Shown in pieces: positions 1-12,862 of a stretch of 64,000 nt of DNA. The stretch lies in contig NIVC01003513.1 of NCBI GenBank assembly GCA_002269645.1, positions 30,174 to 94,173 on the forward strand, read 5' to 3'. Positions within the stretch are counted from its first letter, which is position 1; each line of letters starts with the position of its first letter. The notes under the pieces were generated by a model, which saw only the letters and a program-made list of their open reading frames with translations, did no database searches and was not told where the DNA came from. Origin of the DNA: Macrostomum lignano. Taxonomy: Eukaryota. A program made the translations under genes and the position numbers.

Positions 1-191
1 ATAGCGATGACTGGAGGGAATCAAATACTGGGGAGGGGGTGTTCGATGGGTGACTACGAGGGTAGCTATGCCAATTTCGCTGGTGTGAAAATTGGGCTGG
101 GAGAGCCGGGATATGAAAAATCGATATGGGGACAGAATGGATTGCTAGAGTATGCTGTAGGGGCTGCCCAGCTTGAAGAGTTACTTGTAAA

Positions 192-1318
192 GTGAGTAGC
201 AGAGTGATCCAGGGAGTGACTGGGAGAGTGATCTGTAGAGTGACTGGGAAAGTGATCTGTAGAGTGACTGGGAGAGTGATCTGTAGAGTGACTGAGAGAG
301 TGATCTGTAGAGTGACTGGGAGAGTGACCTATAGAGTGACTGGGAGAGTGACCTATAGAGTGACTGAAAGAGTGATCTGTAGAGTGACTGGGAGAGTGAC
401 CTATAGAGTGACTGGGAGAGCGATCTATAGAGTGACTGGGAGAGTGATCTATAGAGTGACTGGGAGAGTGACCTATAGAGTGACTGGGAGAGTGACCTAT
501 AGAGTGACTGGGAGAGTGATCTGTAGAGTGACTGGGAGAGTGACCTATAGAGTGACTGGGAGAGCGATCTATAGAGTGACTGAGAGAGTGATCTATAGAG
601 TGACTGGGAGAGTGATCTATAGAGGGATTGGGAGAGTGACCTATAGAGTGACTGGGAGAGTGATCTATAGTGTAATTGGGAGAGTGATCTATAGAGTGAC
701 TGGGAGAGTGATCTATAGAGTGACTGAGAGAGTGATCTATAGAGTGACTGGGAGAGTGATCTGTAGAGTGACTGGGAGAGTGACCTGTAGAGTGATTGGG
801 AGAGTGACCTATAGAGTGATTGGGAGAGTGACCTATAGAGTGACTGGGAGAGTGATCTATAGAGTGACTGAGAGAGTGACCTATAGAGTGACTGGGAGAG
901 TGACCTATAGAGTGACTGGGAGAGTGATCTATAGAGTGACTGAGAGAGTGATCTATAGAGTGACTGGGAGAGTGATCTATAGAGTGACTGGGAGAGTGAT
1001 CTATAGAGTGATTGGGAGAGTGACCTATAGAGTGACTGGGAGAGTGACCTATAGAGTGATTGGGAGAGTGACCTATAGAGTGACTGGGAGAGTGATCTAT
1101 AGAGTGACTGAGAGAGTGATCTATAGAGTGACTGGGAGAGTGATCTATAGAATGACTGGGAGAGCGATCTATAGAGTGACTGAGAGAGTGATCTATAGAG
1201 TGACTGAGAGAGTGACCTATAGAGTGACTGGGAGAGTGACCTATAGAGTGACTGGGAGAGTGACCTATAGAGTGACTGGGAGAGTGATCTGTAGAGTGAC
1301 TGGGAGAGTGATCTGTAA
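192..1318. repeat. Minisatellite array, 24-bp unit (dimer of two 12-mers AGAGTGACTGGG + AGAGTGA(T/C)CT(A/G)T)
   Basis: About 47 tandem copies read directly from the sequence; the 394-aa RVTGRVIY ORF is the translated repeat. Confidence 0.97.
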
Positions 1319-1997
1319 TTTCAATAAAACCTCATTTGGCCTAAGATCTTTAGTGAGAAAATTTGCATGCGAGTGATCTTACAGTGAACCGCAAACCAAA
1401 AAGCAAAGGAACTCTGTGATACAAGCACAGAGACCCTGAGAGGCCCAGCAGAGAGAACAAAGAGTTTCCCTGGGTTGGCTTTTGTACCGGATGAGCTGAC
1501 ACCCTTCAATGAGCAACTCGTGCTTCTGAATGACCACACAGAGCTACCTGGGCCCCACAATATGCAGGAATTTGTGCCAGCCCACCTGCCGAGATCTCAG
1601 ACGGACTCAAAAAGTCATTGTCGTTCAACTTCATTCGTTTTAGTTTTTTATTGGCTCTTTTAGTGTTGCTGCTGAGATCAACGGGCGTGTACAGAAATTG
1701 GGAAGCTGTGGCAGCTGCTTCATCCCATGGGAACATGGCATCCCCTATCCCCTATAATACCCGGACAATGAAAAAATCAAGTCTTGCGTTGGAAAAGAAT
1801 ATCCCGTGAAAATCTGCTTCTTGAAAAAAACTGGTGCCAAGAATTCTAAAGAACCGCAAGTGAAATTCTCAAGATTTTTTTGGCCAAGAAGTTTGATCAG
1901 CCAGTTTAACAAGTCTGACAATGAACGAATGCAATTGTTAAACACGCGGAACTGTTAAACCAAGTATTGGGGATAAATGTGTCTGGGTGAAAACTTT

Positions 1998-3180
1998 GGA
2001 TGTCAGGAGCGTGAAGTTAGGATGTCAGGAGCGTGAAGTTAGGATGTCAGGAGCGTGAAGTTAGGATGTCAGGAGCGTGAAGTTAGGATGTCAGGAGCGT
2101 GAAGTTAGGATATCAAGAGCGTGAAGATAGGATATCAGGAGCATGAAGATAGGATGTCAGGAGCGTGAAGATAGGATGTCAGGAGCATGAAGATAGGATG
2201 TCAGGAGCATGAAGATAGGATGTCAGGAGCATGAAGATAGGATATCAGGAGCATGAAGTTAGGATGTCAGGAGCATGAAGATAGGATATCAGGAGCATGA
2301 AGATAGGATATCAGGAGCATGAAGTTAGGATATCAGGAGCATGAAGATAGGATATCAGGAGCGTGAAGATAGGATATCAGGAGCGTGAAGTTAGGATGTC
2401 AGGAGCATGAAGTTAGGATGTCAGGAGCATGAAGTTAGGATGTCAAGAGCGTGAAGTTAGGATATCAGGAGCGTGAAGATAGGATGTCAGGAGCGTGAAG
2501 TTAGGATGTCAGGAGCATGAAGATAGGATGTCAGGAGCATGAAGTTAGGATGTCAGGAGCATGAAGTTAGGATGTCAAGAGCGTGAAGTTAGGATGTCAG
2601 GAGCGTGAAGATAGGATGTCAAGAGCGTGAAGTTAGGATGTCAGGAGCGTGAAGTTAGGATGTCAGGAGCGTGAAGTTAGGATATCAGGAGCATGAAGTT
2701 AGGATATCAGGAGCGTGAAGTTAGGATGTCAGGAGCGTGAAGTTAGGATGTCAGGAGCGTGAAGTTAGGATATCAGGAGCGTGAAGTTAGGATATCAGGA
2801 GCATGAAGTTAGGATATCAGGAGCGTGAAGTTAGGATGTCAGGGGCGTGAAGTTAGGATGTCAGGAGCGTGAAGTTAGGATGTCAGGGGCGTGAAGTTAG
2901 GATGTCAGGAGCGTGAAGTTAGGATGTCAAGAGCGTGAAGTTAGGATGTCAGGAGCGTGAAGTTAGGATGTCAGGAGCGTGAAGTTAGGATGTCAGGAGC
3001 GCCAAATCAAGGATGTCAGGAGCCCCATATTAAGGGTATCAGTAGCACAATATTAAGGGTGTCAGGTGCCCCAAATTAAGGGTGTCAGGAACGCCAAATC
3101 AAGAGTGTCAGGAACGCCAAATCAAGAGTGTCAGGATCGCCTATCGAGGGTGTCAGAACCGCAAATTTGAGGGCGTCAGT
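1998..3180. repeat. Minisatellite array, 22-bp unit GATGTCAGGAGCGTGAAGTTAG, with degenerate copies at 3000-3180
   Basis: About 45 copies with variant positions (G/A at GATG/GATA, CG/CA, TT/AT); the right flank decays gradually. Confidence 0.97.
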
Positions 3181-3214
3181 GCCGCGACAGTTACAACGCA
3201 TTCTTACAGAACAG

Positions 3215-3990
3215 CCTATATATGAACAGAGGCTCATTGCGCAGGCCCTATACTCAGCATTGGAAGTCTCCGAGCACAGGCAGACAAAGAGCTGACTGCG
3301 TGTTGATAGACAGTCATTGAGATGTGCAATAACCGGTCTGATGGGGAAGCCTCAAGAGGCTGACATGAGTGCCACCGTGAGAGCACTGAAACAGCGGCTT
3401 GACCGCTGGGTCTCCCCACCAGTCCAGTCCACTTGGGTCCCTCCGCATTGCCTCCGAATGCATTGTTTCAAACAGCTTGACGACAGGATGCGGTCTTAAA
3501 TTAGTGTGACTCCTTGAGCAGCGCGTCCTTGCCTCCGGGGCGAGGGGCCGCCCAGAAACCAATGTATATATATACATCAGATATGTATAATAATAGCGCG
3601 AAGGCGAACGGGCCGGTGACACAATTGTGAACTCATCATCGAACTTCAATAAAATGCTTTACTTGAGCACAAGTGAGCAGCGACCCAATAATAATGTGTA
3701 TAACTCAATCTTTTATCCATTCCACCCACCCTGAAGCTCACTCAGGCCTGACAGGTGTGCGAGTGGAGCTATTAAGCCTTCAAACTCGGCCTTCTCACAA
3801 GCCCTTTGAAAATTTCTTTACGCGACCACGAAAAACAGTTCTTTTCCTATCCGCTCAGCCAGGGAGACTCTGGAATGAGATTCTGGAGCGCTAACTCTTC
3901 CCCATCAAAACCGGTGTCCAGTTTCTACTTAAGAGCGCCTCCAAATGCATTGTTTTAAACAGCTTGACGAAAGAATGCAGTCTTTATCCT
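3215..3990 (+). mobile_element. Degenerate CR1/L2-like LINE 3' fragment(s)
   Basis: Broken frames read YEQRL..LY..LE (3220s), FFS..LWNE (3840-3885) and CFKQLD(D/E)RM twice (about 3468 and 3950). These resemble the CR1 ORF2 C-terminus (YEERL..L.SLE.RR / FFS.RVV..WN.L / FK..LD). Heavily decayed. Confidence 0.5.
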
Positions 3991-4440
3991 TATCCTTATC
4001 TTCCATCCTTATCCTTATCTTCCATCCTTATCCTTATCGTCCATCCTTATCTTAATCTTCCATCTTTATCCTTATCTTCCATCCTTATCCTTATCTTCCA
4101 TCCTTATCTTAATCTTCCATCTTTATCCTATCTTCCATCTTTATCAGTTTATTCCATCCTTATCTTCCATCTTTATCCTTATCTTCTATCTTTATCCTTA
4201 TCTTCCATCTTTGTCTTCCATCTTTATCCTTATCTTCCATCTTTGTCTTCCATCTTTATCCTTATCTTCCATCTTTGTCTTCCATCTTTATCCTTATCTT
4301 CCATCCTTATCCTTATCTTCCATCCTTATCCTTATCTTCCATCTTTATCCTTATCTTCCATCCTTATCCTTATCTTCCATCCTTATCCTTATCTTCCATC
4401 CTTATCCTTATCTTCCATAGTTATCCTTATCTTCAAATCC
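3985..4440. repeat. Low-complexity pyrimidine-rich repeat built from TATCCT / TATCTTCCATCCT units
   Basis: Read directly; it generates the spurious LSLSSILILIFHPYPYLP ORFs. Confidence 0.95.
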
Positions 4441-5209
4441 TTATAATTATCTTCTACCCAATTATTTTTTCTAAGCTGGATGACATTTGAGTTCCGTATT
4501 TTCTGCAATTCATATTTAATTTAAAGTATCAATACTTTTATAATCATTGAGATGCTTGGGATTTCAAGACTTTAATCAGTTTTCAAAGTTGAGTAAATCT
4601 GTAATCGCGGAGTCTGCAGAGTTCTGCAGAGACTCAGCAGTGTAAAGGGTAGGGTAGAGACATCACTTTTTTTACTTTGAACTTTATCATCCTTGTTTTC
4701 AATTTTTGGCAGAGCTCTAAACTGAGCACACGGCAGTCAGTCTCATCCAGAACTCCAGTTTTAGCTCTCCTTGGCTGAGCTGCTTCGGTTTCGAGGAATT
4801 TTCGTTCAAACTCGACAAATTGAATCAAAGCGGCCCCGAGTAGGAGGGGGGCAGGGGGGAAGCGGGAGAAAACGGGGAGCCGCGCCTGAAAGCAATGGGA
4901 AAACAATTAGTTGGTGCAGTCAGCGCTGAAATCAGGGGGGAGAGTGGGGAAATTTAATATTGAATCCCTTGACTATGAGCAAATCAGGCGTGTCATCGAT
5001 ATATACAGGTTTGAGCCGACTTTATTAATTTGAGCTGGCGAGCCGGCTAAATTGGAAATGCCTTTGTTAAACTGAAAAGCGGACAAAGCTGCTGCGTGGA
5101 CAGTCAGCCAGCCAGCCTTTTTGCTGCATTTGGTGAAAAAGGCAACAAGGAGCAGAAGTTGACACTGCTTTTCTTTGAAAATAAAAGTGGCGAAAAGTTT
5201 CACTGTGGG

Positions 5210-5470
5210 CGCCGTACTTGGGCTGGGGGCGGTATGCTTGGACCGGGGGGCTCTATACTTAGATTGGGGGGGGTGCCATACTTGGACCGGGGGCGCCATA
5301 CTTGGAACGGGGGCGCCATACTTCGACCGGGGGCGCCATACTTGGAACGGGGGCGCCATACTTGGGCCGGGGCGCTATACTTGGACCGGGGCGCCATTCT
5401 TGAATCGGGGGGCGCCATACTTGGACCGTGGGGCACCATACTCGGATTTGGGGGCGCCATACTCGGATTG
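5210..5470. repeat. GC-rich minisatellite, 20-21-bp unit CCATACTTGGACCGGGGGCG
   Basis: About 12 imperfect copies. Confidence 0.9.
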
Positions 5471-6440
5471 GGACAATATCCGCAGAAGGCGCTGCTCCCA
5501 GCGAAGAGAAAACTGTAAATATATTTCTTAGAAAAGGCAGGCCCTTATAAACGGAGAGAAAGTCGGGGGCCCCCCTAAGGAAGACCCCGAAAGGACAGTT
5601 TTATGATTGTCACAGCGAGCGGTCCAGCGAAGACTATAAGGCTTACGGCAATAAAACTGCAACTGAAACAGTTCCAAAATGGAGTAATAATTATCGTACA
5701 GTTTATGCAATAGCGATCATTTCCGGACAGTTAAGAAGTGTGACGGAGGCCACCCACCCCCACCCCTAAAACACCCTGCGCGCAATTAAAATGGTCAATT
5801 AGGTGATTTTGACCCTTCTGCTAAGTGGGGGTTGTGCGCGGTCTGCTGCGGCAGGCCAATCAGCTCAATATACTGTAATAGCTGGAATCTCGAGAGGCGC
5901 CGCGAACACTTGAAAACTTCAAACACAGCGCCGCGCTTTGCACAACTGTATAGCGCGCAGGTTCTTAAAGAGCTTCTTTGTCAAGTTTTTGTCAACTTTC
6001 CTGTCAAATTGACTCGTTTATAACCTTAAACTATCAATATATGATTTACCTTTGGTTCCAGTTTGGTTCTCAGTCTTGATTTTGTGGTCTTTGTCCCCTC
6101 TTCCTCTTTTGGGAATAATTTCTGCCAGCATAATTTCCCGCCAAACAGGCCCGGGGTGCATGGTGTAGATGGTGCGAACTGATTGAGCGATCGATTCCGA
6201 CTTTTCAATGGAGCGAATCTGGACGAGTGAAGAATGAGGTCGGGACTTCAGTAGCCTTGTTCACTTGTTTGACCTGCCCTGTCAAACTCTCATCTTACTA
6301 GCATTGGCATTGTGTGCGTCTCACTTGTTTCACTTGTTTGTCAGTAACACGCGACAGCCCGTATTGCACAGTATTAGGAGGACGCCCTAATTATCCGCTT
6401 TGGACTCGAGTTTGGATCACCCGATTCCTATAGAGGGTGG

Positions 6441-6471
<31 letters not shown>

Positions 6472-6514
6472 GATACCGAATAGAGATAATTATCATTCGC
6501 ACAGCGTGCTCTTG

Positions 6515-6995
6515 AAAATAGCTACTGTCTTTGGCGAATAGCTACTGTCTATGGCGAATAGCTACTGTCTATGGCGAATAGCTACTGTCTATGGCGAATA
6601 GCTACTGTCTATGGCGAATAGCTACTGTCTATGGCGAATAGCTACTGTCTATGGCGAATAGCTACTGTCTATGGCGAATAGCTACTGTCTATGGCGAATA
6701 GCTACTGTCTATGGCGAATAGCTACTGTCTATGGCGAATAGCTACTGTCTATGGCGAATAGCTACTGTCTATGGCGAATAGCTACTGTCTATGGCGAATA
6801 GCTACTGTCTATGGCGAATAGCTACTGTCTATGGCGAATAGCTACTGTCTATGGCGAATAGCTACTGTCTATGGCGAATAGCTACTGTCTATGGCGAATA
6901 GCTACTGTCTATGGCGAATAGCTACTGTCTATGGCGAATAGCTACTGTCTATAGAGAATAGCTACTGTCTATGGCGAATAGCTACTGTCTATAGC
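6515..6995. repeat. Near-perfect minisatellite, 20-bp unit GCTACTGTCTATGGCGAATA
   Basis: About 23 copies, almost invariant (in register with the 60-nt lines). Confidence 0.98.
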
Positions 6996-7279
6996 AAGAA
7001 GTCAGGCATGTCATGCCGGGAGGAAAAACAATTTCTAAAAAAGTTTTGTAGTGTTATTTTTAATTTGCTGTAACTTTTTTGTTTTTTTTCAGTTGCACAG
7101 AACTAATCTTAGCGTTTGAGGCAATAAGCCGTTTGAGACTGAATTGATTCTGTGGATCAAGCAATGCAATGACGCGAAAGTTAAATAATGGGAAAAGAGA
7201 AAACTGATAGAAGATTGAGTAGAAGACTCGTGAAAGATGAAGAAAAGAAAGATAGACGGTTCGTAAAAGACGATCGAAG

Positions 7280-8102
7280 ACAGATACAATACAAATAGAA
7301 GACAGATAGAAGACAGATACAATACGAATAGAAGACAGATAGAAGACAGATAAAAGACAGATAAAAGACAGATAGAAGACAGATAGAAGACAGATAGAAG
7401 ACAGATAGAAGACAGATAGAAGACAGATAGAAGACAGATAGAATACAGATAGAAGACAGATAGAAGACAGATAGAAGACAGATAGAAGACAGATAGAAGA
7501 CAGATGCAAGTCAGATAAAAGACAGATAGAAGACAGATAGAAGACATATACAAGTCAGATAGAAGACAGATAGAAGACAGATAGAAGACAGATAGAAGAC
7601 AGATAGAAGACAGATAGAAGACAGATAGAAGACAGATAAAAGATAGATAGAAGACAGAAACAAGTCAGATAGAATACAGATAGAAGACAGATACAAGACA
7701 GATAGAAGACAGATAGAAGACAGATAGAAGACAGATAGAAGACAGATAGAAGACAGATAAAAGACAGATAGAAGACAGATAGAAGACAGATAGAAGACAT
7801 ATACAAGTCAGATAGAAGACAGATAGAAGACAGATAAAAGACAGATAAAAGACAGATAGAAGACAGATAGAAGACAGATAGAAGACAGATAGAAGACAGA
7901 TAGAAGACAGATAGAAGACAGATAGAATACAGATAGAAGACAGATAGAAGACATATACAAGTCAGATAGAAGACAGATAGAATACAGATAGAAGACAGAT
8001 GGAAGACAGATAGAAGACAGATGGAAGACAGATAGAAGACAGATGGAAGACAGATACAAGTCAGATAGAAGATAGATAGAAGACAGATAGAAGACAGATA
8101 GA
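7280..8102. repeat. Purine-rich 11-bp satellite AGAAGACAGAT
   Basis: About 75 copies; the 33-nt triple unit gives the SSICLLSVFYL ORFs on the minus strand. Confidence 0.97.
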
Positions 8103-8685
8103 GGACAGCCTCAGTGAGTATGCAATAGCACTGAGAGGGGTAACAAAACACTCAAAGTCAATCTTCCATTTAACAAGGCGACAGCGAACTCCAAAAGAAT
8201 GGACAAAGGAAACTTATGCGCACATTTTATTGAACTTCACGCATACATTAAACAGTTACAGTTTAGCAAGCAGAATGGTAAATCAACTATATAGAATCCA
8301 TGGTAATCAATACTCGCTAATGCAGAACACGCTATCCAATGGCTGTTGCTATTTCATATTTGAGTCTCGTTTTCTAAAAAAACAACTGGAACGGATCAGC
8401 CTGCAGTCGTTCGTACAGGTAGCAAGGAAAATTTAACATTAGGCAAATCATATAAATAGACAATAATAACAATAACAGTAATTAAGGTACATGGAAAAGA
8501 GACACGAGCACAAGCAGAGACCATATTAAGCTATTCCAAAGAGCCCTGACAAATCATTTATATAAGAAATTAACCGAAGGAAAAACAGTTTTTTCTTAGC
8601 ATTAGAAATGTCGTTTTCTACTGTAGAATATTCAAGATGTACAGAGCGGCGGCACTGGCAAAGCAGAGAATTTTATCCGAGCAGT

Positions 8686-10065
8686 TCAGCGAATCCAAGT
8701 CGGTGGCGGCAGGAAGGCGCCGCTGCGCAGCAGGCGATGGTAGGCTTCCAGATCGAACGGCGGGTGCTGATACGGAGGCGGCGGCGGCGGCGGCGGTAGG
8801 AAAGGCGCCGAAAGTGCCGGCGGAGGCGCCTGGCGCGGCGGCGAGGAACTTGACGACGATGTTTGGCGCTTGCAGGCGCTGCTGCTGCCGCCGCCGCTGA
8901 TGAGGCTGTCGATGGTGAACCCGGGAGAGCCGCTCCGGCGCCTCCGCCGCTGCTGCTGCTGTGGAGATGCCGGCTGCTGCTGTTGATGAGGCTGGCTCTG
9001 GGGATGCTGGCTGTGATGGCTCAGGCTGAGGTTGAGCGGATGATTTGGCAGGCCGGCTAGAAGGGGCCCGAGGCCCGGCAGGAGGCTTGTCGGGGGATGT
9101 CGAGTCGGCGGATTCGACATTTGCGGCGGAGGCGGCTGCTGCTGCTGGGAATGATGAGGCGAACTTTGGCTGCGACTGTGAAAAGCGGCGGCCGCCGCTG
9201 CTGCCGCTGCTGCCGCTGCCGCGGGAAACAGGCCCAGAGGCGGCGGAGGCGGCGGAGGCGGCAGCGGAGGCGGCGGCGGCGGATGCGACATGCCGACATG
9301 CGAATTGGCTGCCATAAACGAGGCGGCAGAGGCGGCAATGGGGAAGTAAAGGTCGGGCTGCGTCTGCCGCTTGTAGCGCTTCCGCCGGCGCAGGAAGCTG
9401 CCATTGTCGAACATGTCCTCGGACTGTGGGTCCAGCGTCCAGTAGTTGCCCTTGCCCGGGTTGCCCGGCTCCCTGGGGATCTTCACGAAGCAGTCGTTCA
9501 GAGACAGATTGTGCCTGATGCTGTTCTGCCAGGCAGGGAACCTGCGTTCGGAGTGAAGGTTTTATACATTTATATACAGTGTAGAGTAAACACCAGAAAC
9601 ACAATGGAAACTGTAGTGTTTCTAAGAAATAGCCTACCGCTCTTTGTAGTACGGGAATCGATTGATGATGAATTCGCAGATTCCGCTGAGCGTGAGCTTG
9701 CGCTCCGGCGACTGCAGGATCGACATGGTGATGAGGGCGATGTAGCTGTAAGGCGGCTTCACGTGATGCCCGCGCCGCTTCTGCTGCTGCTGCTGCGGCT
9801 GCTGCTCCTGCGGCAGCTCAAGCTCAGCGTCCTCGTCGGAGTCTGCATCTGCTGATGCGGAAGTTGAAGCAGCCGCAGCTGCAGCCGCAGCCGCCGCCGC
9901 TGCCGCGGAGAATTCTTCGTCGCAGCTGCTGTCGCCGCTGTAGTCCTCGGCCAAGTCGGCAGGCGGCGAGAAAAACAAGGAGGTGGTGGCAGCGGCGGTG
10001 GCGCCGGCGGCGGCTGCTGCAGACTTCCCGGCGGAAGCGCTCTCGGCTGAGGAGGCGACCGACAT
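8686..10065 (-). CDS. foxD: Forkhead box D transcription factor (2 exons, 427 aa)
   Basis: Exon 1 10065..9638, intron 9637..9542 (96 bp, GTAGGC...GCAG), exon 2 9541..8686. The spliced forkhead domain [41 protein letters not shown]|[58 protein letters not shown] is diagnostic of FoxD. An eh1-like FTIDSLI motif lies C-terminal. Confidence 0.97.
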
Positions 10066-11329
10066 GTTTTGTTGATTTGTTGGAATTGGGAAGAGTTTGC
10101 TGACTGCTCGGAAATATTTTTATCCTTGGCGCCGAACTGTCTGCCTGGTGGCTCCTGTTTGACTTTTTCTTCCCCCTCAGGATCCGTCTAAGCTTCTGCT
10201 CTCTTAGCCTTTCTATTTTTCTTGCCCCAGAAAAAATGATTCTTCTGGCGTGGGGTGGGCGGCCGGGGTTGGGGAGGGGGAGGGGTGAAGGGGAAATAGG
10301 GGAGAAACGCCAGCAAGGGGAAAGAGTGTTTTTAGGGGTGGCAAGGGGAAGAATAATATTCAGGGGACTGATTGGATTGGTTTTGCCCATGGGTTGGGGA
10401 TCTTAGCCGAGAACTGATCCCCTCCGTGTCGGCAGCGCCCAATTGGGGGCACCGCGGCTGATGGCGGAGGAGGCTGGGCGCGCGGCCGGGCCTCCCATCG
10501 GGAGAGTTTAGTAAACATTTTCTTGCCCCGCGAAGAGGCGGCAGAATCAACGGGAGCGGCGACACGGGGGGGGGGGCTGGCGGATGACGGAACAGGGGAG
10601 GCTGGGGATGGACATTGGTAGTCAGTCAGGTTCTGAAAAATCCTTCCTATTCATTGCTGTAAAAAGTTTTAATCCAATAGGTTAATCAATCCACTCGAAT
10701 GTCGTCTTCAAGGGTTTAGGGTGAAGTTGAGAGCCGTATCAGCAGCGCAGTGGTCCTAGCAGTCAGCAGAAGTGGCTCTGCACGGTTACAAAGAGTGTTT
10801 TAGCTATCATAAGTTTATTATTGCGAACTAGTTTGCTAATAATGACAGGAAAAACAGGCGTGGGGGGGGGGGTCGACCCTCGGGCTCGCGCGGTTGACTA
10901 TGGCTTCAAGTAGGTGCACACCGCGGAGGTCGGAGCTCCTTCAACCGTCGAGGGCTGGAAGAACTCAAACTGTTTCTAAAGATCTCACCCGAAGTTGTTA
11001 GGGGCAGCTCAAAGAGAAGCAGTGAGCAAGGTAGAGGCTTCTTATCTGGAGTGTTTGCCAAACTTCGCTTTCAAAGAGCTTCAGTGATATTTGCACGCAG
11101 CTCTCTTTAAATATCCTTTTTTATTTATAACTCTCCTACTCAAGCGAGAAGTCTGCCCGGAGGAGTGAGTATTATATTCAGCCGCGAGGAGCGCGAGCGA
11201 GTGCGGACACGGCCACTTTGGTCCATTATTTCTTCTTCCGTTAGCTGTTAGTTAAAAGGTGAAAAACTGGGCAAATTCTGCTGCAAAATTTTTACTAATT
11301 TTTATATAAAGCTTTTATGGGACTTTAAT

Positions 11330-11830
11330 GAGATCATAACTCAGTCATGAGATCATAACTCAGTCATGAGATCATAACTCAGTCATGAGATCATAACTCA
11401 GTCATGAGATCATAACTCAGTCATGAGATCATAACTCAGTCATGAGATCATAACTCAGTCATGAGATCATAACTCAGTCATGAGATCATAACTCAGTCAT
11501 GAGATCATAACTCAGTCATGAGATCATAACTCAGTCATGAGATCATAACTCAGTCATGAGATCATAACTCAGTCATGAGATCATAACTCAGTCATGAGAT
11601 CATAACTCAGTCATGAGATCATAACTCAGTCATGAGATCATAACTCAGTCATGAGATCATAACTCAGTCATGAGATCATAACTCAGTCATGAGATCATAA
11701 CTCAGTCATGAGATCATAACTCAGTCATGAGATCATAACTCAGTCATGAGATCATAACTCAGTCATGAGATCATAACTCAGTCATGAGATCATAACTCAG
11801 TCATGAGATCATAACTCAGTCATGAGATCA
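11330..11830. repeat. Perfect minisatellite, 19-bp unit GAGATCATAACTCAGTCAT
   Basis: About 26 identical copies. Confidence 0.98.
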
Positions 11831-12862
11831 TTCTGTCATGAGATCATTCTGTCATGAGATCATTCTGTCATGAGATCATTCTGTCATGAGATCATTCTGT
11901 CATGAGATCATTCTGTCATGAGATCATTCTGTCTTGACCGATCATTCTGTCATGAGATCATTCTGTCATGAGATCATTCTGTCATGAGATCATTCTGTCT
12001 TGACCGATCATTCTGTCATGAAATCATTCTGTCTTGACCGATCATTCTGTCATGAAATCATTCTGTCATGAAATCATTCTGTCATGAGATCATTCTGTCA
12101 TGAAATCATTCTGTCATGAAATCATTCTGTCATGAAATCATTCTGTCATGAGATCATTCTGTCATGAAATCATTCTGTCATGAGATCATTCTGTCATGAA
12201 ATCATTCTGTCATGAGATCATTCTGTCATGAAATCATTCTGTCATGAGATCATTCTGTCATGAAATCATTCTGTCATGAGATCATTCTGTCATGAAATCA
12301 TTCTGTCATGAAATCATTCTGTCATGAGATCATTCTGTCATGAAATCATTCTGTCATGAGATCATTCTGTCATGAAATCATTCTGTCATTAGATCATTCT
12401 GTCATGAAATCATTCTGTCATGAGATAATAATTCTGTCATGACCGATCATTCTGTCATGAGATTATTCTGTCATGAGATTATTCTGTCATGAGATTATTC
12501 TGTCATGAGATCATTCTGTCATGAGATCATTCTGTCATGACCGATCATTCTGTCATGAGATAATTCTGTCATGAAATCATTCTGTCATGAGATTATTCTG
12601 TCATGAGATCATTCTGTCATGACCGATCATTCTGTCATGAGATTATTCTGTCATGAGATTATTCTGTCATGAAATCATTCTGTCATGAGATTATTCTGTC
12701 ATGAGATTATTCTGTCATGAGATCATTCTGTCATGACCGATCATTCTGTCATGAGATCATTCTGTCATGAAATCATTCTGTCATGAGATAATAATTCTGT
12801 CATGACCGATAATTCTGTCATGAGATTATTTTGTCATGAGATCATTCTGTCATGAGACAATT
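11822..12862. repeat. Minisatellite, 16-bp unit GA(G/A)ATCATTCTGTCAT, contiguous with the 19-bp array
   Basis: About 63 copies with GAGA/GAAA/GACCG variants. Confidence 0.97.

Noticed and set aside
1-191. 62-aa ORF at the window start
   Set aside because: It looks like decayed or noisy copies of the adjacent satellite and has no homology cues.
192-1376. 394-aa RVTGRVIY-repeat ORF as a repetitive protein
   Set aside because: It is a stop-free frame of a 24-bp DNA satellite with a GTG start and no unique domain or splice context.
3964-8151. Hydrophobic repeat ORFs (LSLSSILILIF, GAILG/RGAPY, SSICLLSVFYL) as membrane proteins
   Set aside because: They are translations of simple repeats, open in several frames at once.
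8618-10390. Overlapping alternative-frame and antisense ORFs over FoxD (also over SRF 25849-26736 and TRF2 42169-43474)
   Set aside because: These are expected shadows of GC-rich, GCN/CAG-repeat coding DNA and have no independent motifs.
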